Shown in pieces: positions 1 to 2,086 of a DNA stretch of 2,086 nucleotides; positions within the stretch are counted from its first letter, which is position 1, and every line of letters starts with the position of its first letter. The DNA lies in assembly GCA_000004985.1 (NCBI GenBank), contig GG739291.1, one strand, 5' to 3'. The position numbers and the translations under genes are program-made. Under the pieces are notes generated by a model that saw only the letters and a program-made list of their open reading frames with translations, had not been told where the DNA came from and did not search any database. The stretch comes from Naegleria gruberi (Eukaryota).

Positions 1-1332
1 TGGCCTTGCACAAATGCACAATTATATAGTCCTTTAGGTGTTTTTGTTTCATCAAATAATGAAGTTTATATATCTGACTGTTTTAATCATAGAATTAGAA
101 AGGTATTACATAATGGAAATATTGTAACAATAGCTGGAAATGGAACACCTGGATTCAGTGGAGATTCTCCATTTGATATTTCACTCTATCCTCATTTCGG
201 AAATAGTAGCTCTTTAACTAGAAGAATAGAATTTCATAGTTTGAAAAAATATTCAAGAGATCAATTATTTGGATTGGAAATTTATGGATTCATGCCACTA
301 ATTGAAAGAATATCAATTCAATTCAGTCAAATTCTGAAAAATGAAAAGATAATTTGGTCAATGAATGCTTCACAACGTGCAATTATTCAAAAACTAATTA
401 ATTCTCTCATATATGATAATAATCAATTGAATTTTACAAAGAATGAACTATTAGATGTATTATTTATTTTAGGATTATTTAAAAATGGCGAATTTATTGA
501 GCTTAAAAGATCATTGACAAGTGATTTTATTAATTCCATTACCTTGAAAGAATTTCCTGCTGAATGGGAAAAAATTGAATCGCTGATCATGACATGCAAA
601 GATTTTGGAAATGAAAATTACATTCTTGAATGCTTGAACAATTTCTGTATTGAATTTGTTGCTGTCAAAATGAAGACCACAGAGGGAAGTGCTGTTTTGT
701 CTTCCCTTCCAATAGTTTTGCGAAATGCTACTGCTTTTTTCCCAAAATTGGTACTTGGTCAACCAACCCCAATCAACATTGAAGAAAAAATTGAAGTTAA
801 TCCACAAACATTAGAATCATTATTTAACGATAAGAAAACAAGTGATATTCAAATCAAAATGGGAGAAGACAAGTATTTATATTGTCACAAAACTGTTTTG
901 AGCACCACTAGTACCTTCTTTGCTGCCCTATTTGAAAGTGGATCATCCTTTAGTGATTTTAATAATGGAATTTTCACACCAGATGAATCAGAAGATTTGG
1001 AATTATTGGAAATTATCATCAAATATTGTTATGGAATTTCATTCGACAATGAAAAAATTTCTGGATTGTTAGACATGGCAATGAAACATGAAATTAAATA
1101 TTTAGTCGATTATTATTGTATTAATTTCACGCTCTCCATTCAAAATTACTTTTCCATTGTATCAACATGTGAACAGTATTTGGATTTACCTGTATTTGAA
1201 GGATTTTTCAAAGAAATTATTAGATTTGGAGTTACCAACAAGAAGCAACTCTTTACTGATTTGAGTGTTCTTTCTAAATTACCTGAAAAAGTTTGGCAGG
1301 TGATGTTCTTGAATTGGGCTCATGATAATTGA
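1..1332 (+). CDS. 5'-partial CDS of an NHL-repeat plus BTB/POZ-domain protein. Frame 1 is open from window position 1 and the stop is TGA at 1330-1332.
   Basis: Seen in sequence: frame 1 has no stop codon from nt 1 to 1329, which is 443 codons in a sequence of about 70% AT. Nt 22-201 translate to LYSPLGVFVSSNNEVYISDCFNHRIRKVLHNGNIVTIAGNGTPGFSGDSPFDISLYPHFG, which fits the NHL-repeat consensus (P.Gvavd..g.iyVaD..NhRIrk....G...tiaG.G..G..gd). Nt about 826-1140 translate to SDIQIKMGEDKYLYCHKTVLSTTSTFFAALFESG...LLDMAMKHEIKYLVDYYCINFTL, a classic BTB/POZ core. The ORF-track start at 241 is TTG, rendered as M under bacterial start rules. There is no in-frame ATG upstream, so the true start lies beyond the left edge or in an upstream exon. 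Confidence 0.8.
   Translation, partial: WPCTNAQLYSPLGVFVSSNNEVYISDCFNHRIRKVLHNGNIVTIAGNGTPGFSGDSPFDISLYPHFGNSSSLTRRIEFHSLKKYSRDQLFGLEIYGFMPLIERISIQFSQILKNEKIIWSMNASQRAIIQKLINSLIYDNNQLNFTKNELLDVLFILGLFKNGEFIELKRSLTSDFINSITLKEFPAEWEKIESLIMTCKDFGNENYILECLNNFCIEFVAVKMKTTEGSAVLSSLPIVLRNATAFFPKLVLGQPTPINIEEKIEVNPQTLESLFNDKKTSDIQIKMGEDKYLYCHKTVLSTTSTFFAALFESGSSFSDFNNGIFTPDESEDLELLEIIIKYCYGISFDNEKISGLLDMAMKHEIKYLVDYYCINFTLSIQNYFSIVSTCEQYLDLPVFEGFFKEIIRFGVTNKKQLFTDLSVLSKLPEKVWQVMFLNWAHDN
22..235 (+). other. NHL-repeat (beta-propeller blade) region: one well-formed blade at about 22-150 followed by a degenerate blade (...YPHFGNSSSLTRRIEF).
   Basis: Motif SDCFNHRIRKV...IVTIAGNGTPGFSGD...LYPHFG read directly in frame 1. 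Assignment to the NHL family (Pfam PF01436-type) rests on motif recognition by eye, not on an HMM search. Confidence 0.6.
808..1140 (+). other. BTB/POZ domain. A short BACK-like helical tail follows at 1141-1329.
   Basis: DIQIKMGEDKYLYCHKTVLSTTSTFFAALFESG matches the BTB beta-strand/helix signature (D..l.v.g..f.aHr.vLaa.S.yF.amf.sg). It is followed by LLEIIIKYCYG...LLDMAMKHEIKYLVDYYC (l.fiYtg.v.l...nv..lL.aA..l.i..L...C). Recognition is by eye. Confidence 0.7.
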
Positions 1333-1384
1333 GCTAATAACTTTAATGTTTATTTTTATTCCTCTTTTAAAAAATTGTGAACTA
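1333..1384. other. 52-bp inter-stop region shared by the two convergent 3' UTRs.
   Basis: The TGA of the plus gene ends at 1332 and the TAA of the minus gene begins at 1385. The region is about 80% AT. The plus strand has no canonical AATAAA here, only the variant AATAAC at 1336-1341. The next plus-strand AATAAA is at 1725-1730, inside the kinase CDS. Confidence 0.5.
1349..1360 (-). terminator. Tandem canonical poly(A) signal AATAAAAATAAA for the kinase gene. It lies 25-38 nt 3' of that gene's stop codon.
   Basis: Plus-strand tttatttttatt at 1349-1360 is AATAAAAATAAA on the minus strand. Its spacing downstream of the TAA at 1385-1387 is typical for a eukaryotic polyadenylation signal. Function is inferred, not demonstrated. 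Confidence 0.4.
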
Positions 1385-2020
1385 TTAGAATTTCAAGTTG
1401 TAAAACACTGGACTATTCGAATCCTGAATATTATTGGTTACACTTGCTGAATTGCCATTATTATTATTATTTGGTGGAAATCTGTCATTGAACTCACCAA
1501 CAACTTGTGAATTATTATTTTGTAAAGTATTAAAAGTATTAATTATTGTAAAATTTGAAGATGATTTTAGTGGAGTTTGAATTCCAGATCTATCTAAAGG
1601 GTTATATCCAATAACAATTGATCTTTTTTCATTAGTTTGAATTGTTTGTAATGTTGGAACTAATTTCCTTTTTTTGGAAGGTTGTTCTTTTTGTTCATTT
1701 TGTAAAATGTTTGCTGTTAATTTCAATAAATGTTTTTGTAATTCCGCAAATGATGGTCTTGATTTTGGATTATATTCCAAACAACTATTTCCTATTCTAA
1801 TAACTTCATTGGCTTGATTGAGTGTTAAACAAGGAAATAATTCCAATAATTCGTTTGTTGAGAGAAAGCAAGTTAATCTTTCATTATTTTCAATGTGTTT
1901 TTGAGAAAATAATTCATACATTGTAACTCCAAAACTGTAAACATCCAATGCCGTGAGAAGATATTCTTTTTGGAAATCTTTCGGTTTGTGTTGCATTCGT
2001 TTTTCATAAATTTCAGGAGC
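1385..2020 (-). CDS. Terminal exon of a protein kinase, TKL-like with Raf/MLK-like spacing. It encodes the C-lobe (APE to subdomain XI) plus a low-complexity C-terminal tail of about 110 residues. The stop is TAA at 1385-1387 on the minus strand.
   Basis: Minus-strand translation from the acceptor: APEIYEKRMQHKPKDFQKEYLLTALDVYSFGVTMYELFS...CLEYNPKSRPSFAELQKHLLKL. This gives APE (subdomain VIII), DVYSFG (subdomain IX) and the conserved Arg of subdomain XI. The ORF-track Met at 1996 (MQHK...) is internal to the kinase domain and is not a start. Confidence 0.85.
   Translation of the reverse strand, partial: APEIYEKRMQHKPKDFQKEYLLTALDVYSFGVTMYELFSQKHIENNERLTCFLSTNELLELFPCLTLNQANEVIRIGNSCLEYNPKSRPSFAELQKHLLKLTANILQNEQKEQPSKKRKLVPTLQTIQTNEKRSIVIGYNPLDRSGIQTPLKSSSNFTIINTFNTLQNNNSQVVGEFNDRFPPNNNNNGNSASVTNNIQDSNSPVFYNLKF
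1457..1471 (-). repeat. (AAT)5 trinucleotide microsatellite encoding an Asn5 run in the kinase tail (PPNNNNNGN).
   Basis: Plus-strand attattattattatt at 1457-1471. On the minus strand it reads in frame as aat x5, flanked by cca cca and ggc aat. Confidence 0.6.
1661..1681 (-). other. SV40-type monopartite NLS-like basic motif PSKKRKL in the kinase C-terminal tail.
   Basis: The reverse complement of 1661-1681 is cct tcc aaa aaa agg aaa tta, translating to PSKKRKL. It matches the K(K/R)X(K/R) consensus and resembles PKKKRKV. Nuclear targeting is inference only. Confidence 0.35.
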
Positions 2021-2067
2021 CTTTAGAAAGTAAATTCTTAGATTGAATTAAATGAGACAAAACTTAC
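2021..2067 (-). other. 47-nt spliceosomal intron, phase 0, GTAAGT...AG.
   Basis: Minus-strand sequence: gtaagttttgtctcatttaattcaatctaagaatttactttctaaag. Without splicing the reading frame hits TAA after 9 codons. With splicing, ...GTFQYM joins APEIYEK..., which restores the near-invariant kinase activation-segment motif GT..YMAPE. Confidence 0.7.
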
Positions 2068-2086
2068 CATGTATTGAAAGGTTCCT
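2068..2086 (-). CDS. 3' end of the upstream kinase exon (partial; it continues beyond the right edge). It encodes ...GTFQYM.
   Basis: Reverse complement of 2068-2085 is GGA ACC TTT CAA TAC ATG, translating to GTFQYM, immediately 5' of the GTAAGT donor. The rest of the kinase (the N-lobe, HRD and DFG motifs) must lie to the right of the window. Confidence 0.6.

Noticed and set aside
103-133. Possible small intron (GTATTACA...CAATAG) inside the NHL region.
   Set aside because: It is only 31 nt and not frame-preserving. Read in frame without splicing, the segment gives RKVLHNGNIVTIAGNG, which completes the NHL consensus perfectly.
511-807. Minus-strand 98-aa ORF (MWINFNFFFNVDWGW...) from the ORF track.
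   Set aside because: It is entirely antisense to the well-supported frame-1 gene that links the NHL and BTB domains. Its product is low-complexity, Phe/Asn-rich with no motifs, which is typical of spurious antisense ORFs in AT-rich DNA. No splice or poly(A) context supports it.
241-1332. Treating the ORF-track 363-aa product (start at 241) as the complete protein.
   Set aside because: The start codon is TTG, the frame is open upstream to nt 1, and the upstream codons encode a recognisable NHL repeat. The Met is an artefact of bacterial start-codon rules.
1365-1376. Palindromic ttttaaaaaatt in the intergenic gap as a hairpin or rho-independent terminator.
   Set aside because: It is pure A/T with no GC stem. 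In a eukaryotic context it is more plausibly part of the AT-rich 3'-UTR and poly(A) region than a structured terminator.
1994-1996. Met at 1996 (MQHKPKDF...) as the kinase start codon.
   Set aside because: It lies inside the conserved kinase domain: APEIYEKR precedes it in frame, and the upstream exon supplies GTFQYM. The real start is far upstream, outside the window.
1-2086. Prokaryotic reading: an operon or defence island with a kinase plus a BTB-like partner, a CRISPR array or a toxin-antitoxin pair.
   Set aside because: The window shows a GTAAGT...AG intron restoring the kinase motif, AATAAA signals, convergent tail-to-tail genes with no Shine-Dalgarno context and eukaryote-specific domains (BTB, TKL kinase). 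No direct repeats with spacers are present.

Overview
This AT-rich window (about 30% GC, estimated by eye) is eukaryotic rather than prokaryotic, and it holds two convergent protein-coding genes whose stop codons are only 52 bp apart. It does not contain a prokaryotic operon, defence island, CRISPR array, RNA gene or mobile element.

(1) The plus-strand gene occupies frame 1 and is open from position 1 to the TGA at 1330-1332, so it is 5'-partial. It encodes NHL-type beta-propeller repeats at the N-terminal end of the window, then about 190 residues with no recognisable domain, then a clear BTB/POZ domain with a short BACK-like C-terminal tail. The ORF track's start at 241 is a TTG codon and is an artefact of the start-codon rule; the frame is open upstream with no in-frame ATG.

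(2) The minus-strand gene is the C-terminal half of a TKL-like Ser/Thr protein kinase. The motifs are GTFQYM|APE, DVYSFG and a subdomain XI ...NPKSRPSFAEL. It is interrupted by a 47-nt phase-0 spliceosomal intron (GTAAGT...AG) at 2021-2067. The 5' exon continues off the right edge of the window.

The kinase has a non-catalytic tail of about 110 residues. The tail carries an SV40-like basic motif, PSKKRKL, and an Asn run encoded by an (AAT)5 microsatellite.

The 52-bp gap between the genes contains a tandem AATAAAAATAAA on the minus strand. This probably serves the kinase gene and implies that the 3' ends of the two transcripts overlap.

The organism cannot be fixed from the sequence. AT-rich codon usage, poly-Asn, short introns and tight gene spacing suggest an amoebozoan-like protist, but this is inference.
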